From: Octopus sinensis
Lineage: Eukaryota
Length of the DNA: 64,000 bases
Direction of reading: 5' to 3'
NCBI RefSeq assembly: GCF_006345805.1
Contig: NC_043010.1
Location: 45,012,001-45,076,000 of the forward strand
The notes below the pieces were generated by a model. It searched no databases. It saw nothing but the letters and a program-made list of their open reading frames with translations, and was not told the DNA's origin. Below are positions 13,748 through 28,127 of the stretch, piece after piece (positions within the stretch are counted from its first letter, which is position 1; each line of letters starts with the position of its first letter). The translations under genes were made by a program, and so were the position numbers.

Positions 13748-13820
13748 ATGAACACTTTCATTAGAACCGCAGCATTTTGTCTTCTTCTGTCAGTAGGACT
13801 GGTTGGAGCGGCTTATGAAG
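13748..13820 (+). CDS. Gene A exon 1: signal peptide (MNTFIRTAAFCLLLSVGLVGAAYE)
   Basis: ATG in CATAATG context, a hydrophobic core ending in small residues, and donor GAAG|GTAAGT (phase 1) matching the exon 2 frame. Confidence 0.85.
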
Positions 13821-15051
13821 GTAAGTATTATAAAGGGACTCCTCCGCTGTTTGTTTAACTTCTTATGTTTCTTGATTTAAATGCTTTCTCTTTCAAGCAA
13901 ATGTGTTTTTAAGCATGCAGTTAAAGGACTAACCACAGAGAACATTTAAATAACATGTAATTGTAGAAACAACTTTAAATATTCAAAACCTGAAGGCAAT
14001 GGTTTACAATCAAGTTAGATTGGCCAGAATGTCCCACTAATTAATATAAACATATAGATGCCCCATAAACAAATTAGGAGATCAAAATATTACACGTGCA
14101 ATAAGGCTTTTCTCTTGATTTGATTGATTGTCATTATTGACATATTAAATTCATCTCCTGGTTATGTTTTGATTTGTCTAGTAAAGGGCATTTCCTCCCC
14201 ATTAAATTTTACGACAATCTCAGAGGAACATTGTAAAACTAATGAATTATTATATGAAAATGTGCCAACAATTTTTATTTACATAAGGTTACTCGGGAAC
14301 TGATTAAAGTTTATAGTGAAGTTCATAGAGGAAATCCCTATTGTTTATAATATTCATGTCTATTTAGTATATTACATTCTTGACATGTAAATTGACAATC
14401 TTATTCGCTTTCAAAACGACATTTTCAATGATCCTTGTTATATTTTAATGGATCATCACATAGATTTTGAATAAAATAGCCATCATCAATAAGTCGGCGA
14501 GCTGGTAGAATCGTTAGCACACCGAGCAAAATGCTTAGTGGCATTTCGTCCGTCTGAGTTCTAATTCCGCCGACGTCGACTTTGCCTTTCATCCTCTCAG
14601 GGTCGATAAAATAAGTACCAGTTGAGAACTGGGATCGATATAATTGACTTACCGCTTCCTCGGAAATTTTCTGGCTTTGTGCCTAAATCTGAAACTAATA
14701 TATGAATAAAGACAGGTGATTTGGGTTTTAGGCTCAAGAACTTTAGGCCATGTGTTCAGTTCTCTCGTGGTCTTCGTTTCACATCCACTCAGCTGAAAAT
14801 AAATACGAGCTATAGTAACTAAACATTGCAAAGCGTTTTAAGAATACAGACATCCGGCATTCTCAGTTGCTAAACTCAGAATACATCCGGTCTAATGATA
14901 ACGGATATAACATCCGGTCTAATGAGCGTGTAGATCCAACACAAGTTCAAACAAATCACACATTTTCTTTCCTAAGATAGTTTGGCTCTGACTAGTTAGT
15001 ATGCCTTTCTATATATGTACATATATGTGGATATATGTACATATATGTGGA

Positions 15052-15171
<120 letters not shown>

Positions 15172-17345
15172 TATGTCACTATATATGTGCATATATGTAT
15201 ATTTATTAATACATGTATGAATATATATATATATGATTATATAAATAATGTTTATATGTGTATAAATACTTATGAATATATGTGCATGTGTGCATTATAT
15301 ATATATATATATATATAAATATGCATGTATTAATATGTAAGAACTTATGCACTTCGTGATGTTGTTTAATGCATATACATATACAAATGTACATGTACAC
15401 ATGCGTGTATATACATTAATATTTATACACACACGAAAGCACACACAAATTAACAGAATACAGAAAAAATATATATATATATATTGAGAGAGAGAGAGAG
15501 GGGGGGAGATATTGTACATAGCGACGCGGCAATCAAGAGATGTCTCTTTTGATGCATCTGCGTCACGCCTTTGCTATATATTTTTCTCTTTTTTACTATT
15601 GAGTGTTGCAAATCACAATAATAATACCATCTGACGATGCCCTTTGATTTCGGTAATCTTTTTCTGTTGATATTTTCTTATATGATTTACATAAGAAACT
15701 GGCTATATGTGTATGATGCTCAGTGAAATGAATTATATGCAAACCTTAACAATGACGTATAGATCCCCCACCTGGACGGTGGGGCCGGTCCGTCGCAGAA
15801 AGAAAGAGTAAGAGAAAGTTGGCCATTACCTTCTTCGGTGTTTCGCTCATAAACACACACATCGCCCGGTCTGAGATTCGAACCCACGATCCCTCGACCG
15901 CTAGCCTGCTGCTCTAACCACCAGGCCATGTGCTTCCACTTGCGTTTATATAGATATATAATATTATATGAGTTGGTTTAGTCAATGGGCACAACACTAA
16001 TCAAGAAGTCCTAATCCATTTTTCCCAGTAATTTATCAAGGTAGTTCCCCAGCATGGCCGCAGTAAAATGACTGAAACAAATAAAAAGTATTTAAAAAGT
16101 ATTGCATGGTTAAAAGGACGTTTAGAAGTTAAGCATTTTTTTTATGTCGATACATTTGCGGTTCTAAGAAATTTACAGTAATTTACAGTAAACAAGAATT
16201 ATATTCACCTCATTTGTTTTAAATGTTTCTGATCTGAAAAGGGATCATTGTCTCTAGTGCATATTTTTAACGATACATTAATCATTCTCTAAAATAAGAA
16301 TAAAATAGTTCCCGGTTCAGTTCTTCGTGCAAAAATATACCTGAAAATATTGTAGTTCAATAAATAAAATACGGTATTGAACAACAGGTCAAGGATAAAT
16401 TTCTGATTTCACTGGTATGAAACTAGTCACAGGCTAACAGTGGCAGCGAGCTATATACGGTCCGCAAGACCTAAATGGCGCACCAACAAAAAATTACCTT
16501 GGATGTTTTTAGTAGGGCAGCCCGTTTGATGATGCGCCGTCTCATGTGTCATGCCTCTTTAAAAGGTTGTTTATACCTATATTAAGGCATAGCTATAATA
16601 TATAACTGCCTTCTAGGATCTGGTCGGACAAATCAACTGTGGCAATTATTTCAGTGTAATTTATATTTTATTGATTTCTATTTACCGAACCACTATGTAA
16701 ATTCAGCACCAACTTTTTAAGCGATGTAAGCATAAACACAGATATAGATATATATACACATTCACATGTACACAGATATCGATTTATGGAAATGATTGTC
16801 AATCACAAACTGCGTTGCGCTTATGAGGTAGTACTGCGCAATTACTACTGTCCCAGTTTTGAGGATGGCTGATAAATCAGATAGTAAGTTTGATGTGTTG
16901 ACAGTCGACATGTCCCAGCTGTTGATAGGTGTTTTCAAATGCTTTGATGTAGCGTTCCTGAACTTCTAAATTCTATTCTATATTCATCGTGTGGACTACT
17001 GTCGCAAATCTGAACTCTAAACTTATTTACTACTTATAGAGCACTTTTTGATTTCAGTTACATTGGTCCAGTTGTGCTGTTTAATGCATATATCTAAATA
17101 AAAGGCGTGTGTAAAAACATGTCAAGTGGTTAGAGTATTGGGCCCACGTTCTTTAGGTCGAGGGTTCGAATAAGATATTTCACATTGCTCCAGTAAACTC
17201 AGCTGAGAATGAGTACCAGTAACTCTTAACTGTTAATCTAGTAATAGACTGTATACATGTTTAGAGGGTTTTTTAATTCTCAGCCGCAACGTCTTGACAA
17301 TCGAGATAAGCTCGTACTCATTATATCTCATGACAGCTTACGCGT

Positions 17346-17456
<111 letters not shown>

Positions 17457-17989
17457 GCGCAGTCTCATTGGTTATTCTCACAGGACATTAGCAAAGCTAC
17501 ACTTTCCCATAGAATCGAATCTTGAGCCACCTGTTTTTGAACCGAATCACAAGACAAATAGTCCTGCACCTATTTTTTTATCTTTGAAATAAGTTTTGCT
17601 GCCTTTCGTCAACTTGTTAAGAAATTTCCACCCTGGAAATTTCAAATTTGATATGTCCCAATTTTTCATTCAGATATTCAAGACCTTTTCGCAACTTATA
17701 TATAAATTTCTAGTGTTATGAATCCCAATTTTGAAATGTATACCTCCCATAACATGAAACATTGCAATTTCTTTTAAGATATATCCCTAACTTTTATTTT
17801 TATTCTATATAAAAATTAAAGCCAGAAGAATGAATGACAAGTAAACTAGTAACGTATAGCAAGATGCTTTAAATTTGACTTGTCTCATACTCTGTCCGAT
17901 ATTCAAAATAATACTTGCTGACGGGCAAGTTCATAATTAATACAACATATTCTTAGAGAGCATATAGCTTTTCTTTTTCTTTTATGCAG

Positions 17990-18181
17990 CATATTGTCGG
18001 AAATGTGTCGCAGAGAGTCAACAAGCCTCACTTTTCCCGCATCCTGAAAGATGTGATTACTTTATACAGTGTGACGTTTCGAAGAACAAAACACTGGCTT
18101 ATGAAAAAGCTTGTCCCCCAACGTTATTTTTTGATTCAGAATTACGTATTTGCGGGTTTGGTGCTGAGAAATGCAAGGCAA
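17990..18181 (+). CDS. Gene A exon 2: chitin-binding peritrophin-A (CBM14/ChtBD2) domain 1
   Basis: Acceptor TTTTATGCAG, donor A|GTAAGT, 192 nt, phase 1-1. Translation: AYCRKCVAESQQASLFPHPERCDYFIQCDVSKNKTLAYEKACPPTLFFDSELRICGFGAEKCKA, with typical PHPxxC..F..C…CP..L.FD…C spacing. Confidence 0.92.
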
Positions 18182-18505
18182 GTAAGTAAATATTTCCTAT
18201 TTTTCATTTGACATGGAGTAACAACATGTTCGATTTGATAGACTTAAAATTCAACAAAAATAGTTGTGTGGAGGAAAGAAGAGTACAATACCACATTGAG
18301 TCTTTCCTCCTTTATTTTTCATGTTTGTAACTTTACTTCCAACTTTCTGACTTGATAAAATATAACCAATAATAACTGGATCGTACATATCATTGTAATT
18401 TCGTCTTCAATAATTGGTACTTAAATTAAACTAGTTAGAATATCATTGAAGTCATATTAAATTACTTGACCTGTAAAGTTTGATGCTGAATTGATATATT
18501 TGCAG

Positions 18506-18682
18506 CTTGTAATGATGGCGACAAATTCAAAGCGGTTGGTTTTTGTAACAAGTACTATGAATGCGCCAACCGTAAATTTGACACAACTTTGAAATCCTGC
18601 GCTGATAAAGAGGCATTCAGTGCCGATACAAGTACTTGTGTTCCCGATGCTAATTGCCCTCCAGTAATAAACGCCCCCGTAG
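18506..18682 (+). CDS. Gene A exon 3: CBM14 domain 2
   Basis: Acceptor ATATTTGCAG, donor G|GTATGT, 177 nt, phase 1-1. Translation: TCNDGDKFKAVGFCNKYYECANRKFDTTLKSCADKEAFSADTSTCVPDANCPPVINAPV (6 Cys). Confidence 0.9.
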
Positions 18683-20550
18683 GTATGTAATTATTATCAT
18701 GTTTTGTAAATAAAATGATTACGCTGCTAAAAGTGAAATTACTGTAACTATTATCATTGCTTGAACAAATGATACCATTAAGATATCATTTTGTCAGTGA
18801 CGTGTTTTATAAATAACGATAATTTTGTATGAAAGAGAAGAAGCAAAAAAAAAAAATCAAACGAAGTTAGACATGAGAAAAAAGTTCGAGAGTTACACAT
18901 GTTAATATTCTTTATTGAATGTAAATATAGTAAATTTTGTTTAGCCCAAGATCAGTTCTAATTGAATGAACCTGATGATGGTCTGCCGGTCGTTGCTATC
19001 TGGAACTACATGCTTATTGTTTAACAGACACGCATACATTGGGACTATATTATCCGATGTAACCGATTAAAAATATATAGAGAGTAAAACTTCAGGGAGA
19101 TTTAGTTGGTATTTTTAGTATTTCATGGGATCAAGTAGAGTTGCACCTATCTGGCAACCACGAAAAACGTTGTGTCATTCCTCTTCTGCCTAAAACATAA
19201 AAAAAATACATAAGTAAAATCATATATGAAACGAAAACTATCTACAAGTAAATTTATGATAATTCTAAGGCGGTGAGATGGCAGAATTGTTATCACGTCG
19301 GGCAATATGCCTAGCAGCATTTCGACCGTCACGAGTTCGAATCCCACTGGATTCGACTTAACACTTCATCCTTTGTGGTTTGATAAAATAATTACCGACT
19401 GAGCACGGGGATTCGATATAATCGACTTAGCTCCACATTGTATATATATATATGGCAGTATCTCGTAGCCCCAGAAAGACGGTGTTCTGCAATCTTTTTC
19501 AAAAAAGAATCTGCATAAATTAGTTGATAATAGAGTTCAAATGTATGTGCTCTATATTAGCTCCCCCTCTCCATTAAATCGACGTTGCCTGAACAAGTGC
19601 ACGGTGTATATACATCACGTTTCGAAGTGACTTCAGAGCAAGACGCTCATGAACACAGCGTGTCATCCAGTCCAGGAATTGAAACCACAATCTTATGATT
19701 GTGAGTGCAACATCTTAACAACTAAGCCATGCACCCTCCCACTGGTTGAATATAGCCAGTTTTATATTTTAACATAAGATATATATATATATAATATATA
19801 TATAATATATATTTATGTATATGAAAGTAAAAACACAAAAGTATATTTTCACATAACGAAAGTTTTCATATTGCAGTTTTATTGTAAATGTGTTAGTTCC
19901 ACACTAACAACAAGAGGAAAAAGAGAAAAGATCATTTATCATTCGAAAATTTTCGTATAAAACTTCTAGTGCTTGTTGTAGTCCAAAGGGATTTTGCAGT
20001 AGAGGAATAATCATATTTTTACCAAAAAAACCTTCAACTCCAAAGTTCAAAGCGTGATTTGCTTCGCAATGTGATGACGCATAACTTTATAGAGAGAGTT
20101 TGCTTCCCAAGCACATGGTTCCATGTTCAGTCCCACTGTATGACACTTTGTGCAAGCGTCTTCTACAATAGACTCAGGCCAAACGTAGCTTTGTGAATGG
20201 ATGATTTGAAGGAAGAAATTGGAAGTAACTCATTATATAAATATGCGTGTGTCTGTGTGCGCGCGCGCGCGTCTTTGTGTTTGTACTCTCACCACACGTG
20301 TTTGTCTGCTACATCGTGTAACCGAGCCGTTCAACTAAAATATAATGCTACAAGTACCAGGTTTAGAAATAAATAGTTCTGGGATCGACTTCTTCGTTTA
20401 AACTCTTCAACAACATGGTGCTCCAGCATGGCATGATAACTGAAACAAGTAAAAGATAATGAATACACCTATGTGTGTGTGTGCGTGTGTGTCGATAGAC
20501 AAATGGATATTGCTTAATTATATATATGTGTGTGGGGGAAGGCATGTATG

Positions 20551-20582
<32 letters not shown>

Positions 20583-20779
20583 AATACTTTTGAATTTGTA
20601 AATATTCTTTTACAGACTGCAGCAATTTCACAGTTGACACAAATCCTCAGGTATACTTTCATAATGGTGTCCGCCAAAGTTGTGCATCTGGACTGATATT
20701 TAACCTTACCACATGTAGCTGTCAATTGGCAATAGCACCAACCGTAACCCGTGAGTATTTTGGCTACTTTCAACTCTCT

Positions 20780-21612
<833 letters not shown>

Positions 21613-22282
21613 AAGATTCAATACCTTATGAGGATACAGCAGTATTAAACTTGGTCATCCAAGTGAGTGTATAGAAGGATCAAATCGATAACAGGAAGAG
21701 AGCAATGAAGAAAGAGAAAAAAGAAAAAAGAAAAATGAAGATATAGATAGGTCAGTGGCCAGTGGAGATAATTTGAAAGTAAGAGTGGGGAGATGAAGGT
21801 TGAAAGAGAGAGAAAAATATTATAGTGTAAAAAGATAGAAGGATTGGGGGTGGTGGTAAAAGGTAAAGGAATGACAAATGTGTAGTGGTAGAGTCTAACT
21901 GTAGGGGCAGGGAGAGGGGTTAGTAGTATAAAGAATTAAGGAATGTATATAGTTTAGCAGTTCAGTGCTTAGTAATATAAGAAAATATATATGTGAAGAT
22001 GTATACAGATGTATATATCAGACATGTATATATTTATATTTATACATATGTTTATATATATCTCAATATTCACACATACAACTCTTATACATACAATCCT
22101 TATCCGCATGCATATGCACACATGCGCACTCATGTATACGTGCATCTGCATGTATCATCGTCCCTGTATACGCAGGTTTATATACCTTATCTATATATTA
22201 CTTATAATTACATATATATATATATTACTTATAATTATATATATATATATTATAATTATATATATTATTTATAATTACGAGA

Positions 22283-22287
22283 CAGAT

Positions 22288-22380
<93 letters not shown>

Positions 22381-22382
22381 GA
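22283..22382. repeat. (GATA)n microsatellite
   Basis: Directly visible. Confidence 0.98.
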
Positions 22383-22571
22383 TGATGATGATGTAGCAAA
22401 AACCGTCAATTTAACTCACACCTACATTCAATTCATAACTGTTAGCCAAACGATGTTTAAATTTTTGTAACTTATCGAAGAATATAATATCATTAATCTT
22501 TTTATGTAAATAGCAAATGACCTATGTTTTTTTATTTTATAATCCTTTGCTGAAATCTTTTTTCTTGACAG

Positions 22572-22927
22572 CTGTTTGTACACTTTTCGATCTTCCGATG
22601 TTGGCTGATTTTGATGAAAAATCTGCTGGGCGTTCTGTCTTGAACAATGGTGCTGTTATCAGTAACGGTGCTGCCTATTTTAAAAACGCATCTATAGTTC
22701 TTCCTGCATTTATATTGAATGATTTTGGTACTGATATCCAAATAACTGTAGATTGTTTGTTCCAAAATCCTACTAAAAGTGAAATTCCTGTCTTAAATAA
22801 CGGCAACTGTGATCTAGCACCAACAGTTTCTTTTATGGTGAAAAATGCCATGACTTCTAACCCTATTCTCGAAGCAACTATAAAGGTTCAAAATGTTTTA
22901 CAAGCAGTCACGCTTCAGGCAACTATT
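22572..22927 (+). CDS. Gene A exon 4: N-terminal part of LamG/concanavalin-like domain
   Basis: Acceptor TTTCTTGACAG, donor ATT|GTAAGT, 356 nt, phase 1-0. It lies inside track ORF 22517-22942 (AVCTLFDLP…NGAAYF…VLNNGNCDLAPTVSF…LQATI). Confidence 0.88.
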
Positions 22928-24216
22928 GTAAGTAACAAGTAGTCGTTCTGAACTATTCTACATCTTTTTATTGTTTAACTTTATTTGAAATCAACAAAAT
23001 CGTTTATATTCTAAGGTATTATGATGCAGAATTTTTCGTATCGGACAGAATACCTTGCGAGGTTTAGTTACGGACCTTTTACGTTAACTTTGTATTTCTC
23101 TCATTAAATTAATGTACCGGTCAAATAACCAGGTAGATATACTTTAACCAAATTAAAGGTCATGTGACAGTCCTAAAAATTATCATTTTCTGGGAATAGG
23201 ATTTCGAAGTACATATAAAACTATTAAGGATAGCATGCAATATTGGATTGAAAAGCCCTTTTCGATAGAAAATGTTGGAGGCTGCTCATGAGACTCCATC
23301 TCACATCTCATGTGGATATGACAGAAATACTATCAAAACAAGCTTCAAAATTCTGTATCTATTTTAGAAACTTTATTCTTACCAGTGAGAATTGTATGTT
23401 GCTAATATCATACGAATTTATAATCTTTTGAGCGAACGTAGAGTATTTTTTTTTATTTGAATTGGATTTCGAAATTCATCCATAGCTTTTATTAAAGCAT
23501 ATAAATAATGGAAGGAGGACGGGCAGAGTCGTTAGAACATCGGAAAGTATGTTTGCAGTATTTTGGTCTGGTTCTTTACGTTCTGAATTTAAACCTCGCC
23601 GTGATCAACTTTGCCTTTCCTTTTTCCAAGATTTATATAATAAAGTATTGGTAAAATACTTTGTAGTATTATCTTATATTCTGCATCGAAATGCCACTGC
23701 ATCTGACTTCATTTTCCATGCTTTCAGGATCAGTAAAATAGACACAAGTCTATCTACTTTGTTAAAATATTTGGTCTTGTGCCAATTGCAAATTGAGTAC
23801 ATAGAAGCAATAATTTCTAAATTTCTTTGTAATGATGTCTAACACGATATGGGACCGAACTAAATGCTTAGAATTTCCTTACGTCTCTCGAATTGAAATA
23901 CCCCCAAAGTTGACCTTCCATTTGAATGTTCCATTAAGTGAGTAGCAGGAGTTTACTGAGATTGCTTCAAACGACTAAACCACTTCTTTTATTATCCGAT
24001 ATTAATAAAATTCTTACTAGTAAAATCCGTTTGATTGTTTTAAAAATATTTATCGCATAATATATTTATTTAAGGAATTGTTTGCATAAATTCATTTATG
24101 AATAAAAATTAATTTTATTTTTATTACTTTTTTAAATATTTTTTCCAAATTCATTAAACATTATTTTATTATTGAAACACAAAGTAAAGGTATATTTGAA
24201 ATATTTTCTGTTGTAG

Positions 24217-24313
24217 GCACCTAATACATGGTCTACATTCACACTCACAAAAAAGGGTGATGACATTACATTAATGAAAAATTGGAATATTACTGGTCAA
24301 AAAACAGAAGCTG
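24217..24313 (+). CDS. Gene A exon 5: LamG-like domain (APNTWSTFTLTKKGDDITLMKNWNITGQKTEA)
   Basis: Acceptor TTCTGTTGTAG, donor G|GTGAGT, 97 nt, phase 0-1. The W…G..+.L pattern matches LamG strands. Confidence 0.85.
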
Positions 24314-24489
24314 GTGAGTATGCAATGTTTTGAAGTTTGTAGTTGTGATCATAATCATTTAAGCCAACTGTCACATTAACAAGATTAACAACAGAGGAAC
24401 AAATGTTCTTTGCTAACACCGAATATATTCCTGATGTTGCTTTCGTAATGTCCCGTTACTATTTGATTTATGTTTATAATATAGAGACA

Positions 24490-24900
24490 GGCGCAGGAGT
24501 GGCTGTGTGGTAAGTAGCTTGCTAACCAACCACATGGTTCCGGGTTCAGTCCCACTGCGTGGCATCTTGGGCAAGTGTCTTCTGCTATAGCCCCGGGCCG
24601 ACCAATGCCTTGTGAGTGGATTTGGTAGACGGAAACTGAAAGAAGCCTGTCGTTTATATGTATATATATATATGTGTATGTGTGTGTGTTTGTGTGTCTG
24701 TGTTTGTCCCCCTAGCATTGCTTGACAACCGATGCTGGTGTGTTTACGTCCCCGTCACTTAGCGGTTCGGCAAAAGAGACCGATAGAATAAGTACTGGGC
24801 TTACAAAGAATAAGTCCCGGGGTCGATTTGCTCGACTAAAGGCAGTGCTCCAGCATGGCCGCAGTCAAATGACTGAAACAAGTAAAAGAGTAAAAGAGTA
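24490..24900 (+). mobile_element. Young tRNA-derived SINE (family A; head GGCGCAGGAGTGGCTGTGTGGTAAG) in gene A intron 5
   Basis: B-box GGTTCAGTCCC, a CCTTGGGCAAG-type central domain, an internal (TA)n(TG)n tract and a tandem GAGTAAAA tail. It is near-identical to the copy at 47525-47949. Confidence 0.85.
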
Positions 24901-26679
24901 AAAAAGAGAGAGAGAGTACATCGATGTAAGGAGTAATTTGATCATTATTCTAGTTGTTAATCCTACTCCTAATGTAGTGGTGGAGGTAGGGGACACACAG
25001 TTGAAATATTTACAACCTAAAGCATTTGATATACACTTTAATGATTGTAGGAAGTTTTAGTGATTGGGATTTGGCTAGTCTCGTGTGATAACTTGGAAGT
25101 TGCCCCATGGGCTAACTTCACACAATATAAAATTAAACGAAATTACTTTTGTTTTCTAATTGAACTCATCTGCAAACGTTCGATCAGTAATATGCTCACG
25201 TTTCATCTCCCTCAAATTGTGAGGTACAAAAATAGATGCACTTTTATTATCCCCAACATTCTAAAACAATTTTTGCGAGCACGTGAGCGAACCTTTAAGT
25301 GATCGCTCGACATTTTAGAGAAAGTATTCAAATTTCCCTTATAACGTGCCCTACTGTCTTAAATTTTTTTTAAATGAGTTAATATAATCATATATATTAA
25401 TTAGACGATTTGTCCCGCCCAGACTACCTTTAAATTGATCAAAGCTGACATGGGGCTAACCACAAAAACACTGTTTTAGTGAGTTAATAGTTGCTATCAC
25501 AGAAACTTGTACAGGTTAATGTTTCATTTTGCAAATCGTTAATAAAGCAATTAAGACAAGTTATAGCTTTAACACTTTAGACCTCTAGTTTTCATTTTAA
25601 GGAATAATTGACCTCTGTACTGCTGTGAGGATCATCAATAGCTAAGGAGATAGTGCGTCTCACTGCTCAAAATAGCTTGTACGATTCATATACCATCATC
25701 ACTGTATGTTCGTGAACAAGACAGTCTGCTTTCAAATCGCCTACTTTGCTTAGCGGTAGTTAGTTACCATAAGTGAATACACTTTCGCTACTGGGAGCAA
25801 CAGGGAAAACTGCATAATTAATAGCAGTTTCATTAATGAAACTTTTACGTTTTGATGCTAAGCTCAAATCCTAGCAAGAGTGTAGATAGTCGAAGAATGG
25901 GACCAAACAAGTTGACTTACTCAAGATGAAGTTGAAATTATCATGTAAAGCTCCACCTCCTCAACTGATATGGGATTCATATACCAAGAGTATAAAAGGA
26001 AAATAATTACTGCCACCCTGCCCTAACAAATAGGTGTCAATTATTTGCTTTTAAATATGATGAACAGGATTCTACTTCAGAAAAAGAAGGTTAGATGGAA
26101 AAATAAGTATCAATTGAAGAGAGACATATAACATTAGACAACGTGGATATAGTCTATTTATTTCCTATCTTAAGCTTTTATGGTTTGTTGCCTTTAGTAA
26201 TTTTTGACACACTTGTTATTTCTATTGTTTCTTCTGACATGGATATACTTCAATTTTTTTTCAACTTTATTTCAAGTGTAAGATCACTGATAGAATTTCC
26301 CATCTGCAATAGATGGGAAACACATTGAAAGCACTTGGGACATTTCGATAAAGAACTAAAATGCTGATAACGGTTGAAAAAATTTTTAAATAAACATTGG
26401 CTACTAGGCACTGCACACATCCTACGCAGAACACTTTCCATACAATAACCATCAGAGCATCACAACAAATCACAGCACATACCCAAGGCACACAGAGCTG
26501 CGCTCGGTAGTGAAGTGAAAGCACGCTATAAAAATAAAACTACTGAATAATAATAATAATAATAATAATATAATGATAACTTTTTTTCTTATAGAATCCT
26601 GTACATCACATTTAAAAGCAAATAAATTGAACAAACTATTTATTTCAACGTCTTATATTTTTACTTTTAATATTTCTAG

Positions 26680-26759
26680 GTGCCTTTGAGTACATTGATG
26701 CTGCTATGGTACTTGGAAAAGCTATTCAAAAAGGTTCCTTCGACGGTTATTTGAAAAAC
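26680..26759 (+). CDS. Gene A exon 6: LamG-like domain (GAFEYIDAAMVLGKAIQKGSFDGYLKN)
   Basis: Acceptor ATATTTCTAG, donor AAC|GTGAGT, 80 nt, phase 1-0. It carries the LG……FxG.+ motif of LamG C-termini. Confidence 0.87.
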
Positions 26760-27181
26760 GTGAGTAACTGATAGTTATTGATATTACTATTTAGTCCATA
26801 AAAATTCTTATGCATAATATACCTTCGCTTATGACAGTAAACATTTCATAACTAATTCTAACTACTATAAAGAAAGCATTTTAATAATATCTAATATACA
26901 CAAGGGTACAGAGGGGGGTAAAATGCCAGCTGTTCCATCCACCCTTAAAAACGACTAGACTATTTTAGAAATCAATATCACAAAAACGCATAGTAGATTG
27001 CCAAAGTTAGGAGAATAACAGACAAAAAGATTTTGGGGAGATTTAGTTTTTTTTACAACTGGAATTCAAATTCCTGTGTAGTCCAAGTTTGCCTTTCATC
27101 TATATGCGGTCAATGGCATATATTACCAGCGATGTCAGGAAATAGATATTACACAACACACACACATACAACACACACGCG

Positions 27182-27215
<34 letters not shown>

Positions 27216-27369
27216 CAACACACACAGGACTGTAACGTTATATTTCCGTTGAATATTTAGTCGTTAGTTTTTACCCATTAATTTTAGTTTACAAATGTAA
27301 ATAATTTAAAATTGTTTATATGAAAAACACTCTTAGTCGTTGTTTATAACATATAAATATATTTTTCAG

Positions 27370-27396
27370 TTAAGAGTAACCAAGTGTCCGGCCTAA
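27370..27396 (+). CDS. Gene A exon 7 (terminal: LRVTKCPA*)
   Basis: Acceptor ATTTTTCAG, phase 0, terminal Cys, with AATAAA signals downstream. The spliced CDS totals 1002 nt = 333 aa + stop. Confidence 0.75.
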   Translation, partial: LRVTKCPA

Positions 27397-27497
27397 AACA
27401 TGCATCACCGAACGATTTCTTGGATTCCGAATTATGGCATAATGAAGATAACTGCTTTTTAATATCATGTTCATCTAAATTTTAATAGTCTATATAA

Positions 27498-27535
27498 AAT
27501 AAAGCTTATCGTATCAGTTTATTAATCAGAATAAA
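27498..27535 (+). terminator. Candidate polyadenylation signals of gene A
   Basis: AATAAA at 27498-27503 and 27530-27535, 100-140 nt after the stop. The AT-rich background lowers specificity. Confidence 0.45.
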
Positions 27536-28036
27536 AATATTTTTAAAAAACTATCTTAAGAATTTCTAATATCAGTTAAGTCCAAAATAAAAACATTTTT
27601 GCAGCATAATACGATTCTTTGTATAATATTTCTTTGATAATTATAAGTGGAATACATATTGCAGCGGAATTATGCCTCATGCACGCCTCAGAAACCCCTC
27701 AAAACTCTTTTAGTTTTAGAATATTTAGAAACATTTTGCGAATTTGTTTTACACAAGAGAATTCATACAATATGCAAAAACCAAACAAAGAAAAGAAAAA
27801 TTGGTACGTGATTTAAGGGCTATTTAGCCGTTATTTTTATCACAATTACGACCACCTCAAACTCACCTCGTCTGTTTGTCCCTCTGACGTATTGATGTTT
27901 TTTCAATATCTTTCTCTCCATAAAAAATTTAATGGTCTATTGTTGGAATTTAAACCAATACTTCTGACTGTCCGTATTTTAAACTATTTTCACCAGAAAT
28001 ACTCGAAAAATTAACCAAAATATTTAACTCTTTCTT

Positions 28037-28072
<36 letters not shown>

Positions 28073-28083
28073 GAGGGAGAGAG

Positions 28084-28127
<44 letters not shown>

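Noticed and set aside
15625-15665. CTGACGATGCC hammerhead-like start
   Set aside because: No downstream GAAA or stem III, so the motif is incomplete.
17984-18211. Track ORF MQHIVGNVSQ…
   Set aside because: Wrong frame over gene A exon 2; the CBM14 frame fits the splice phases.
22517-22942. Track ORF treated as a stand-alone 141-aa gene
   Set aside because: Its ends are intronic; strong acceptor (22571) and donor (22928) sites define an internal exon.
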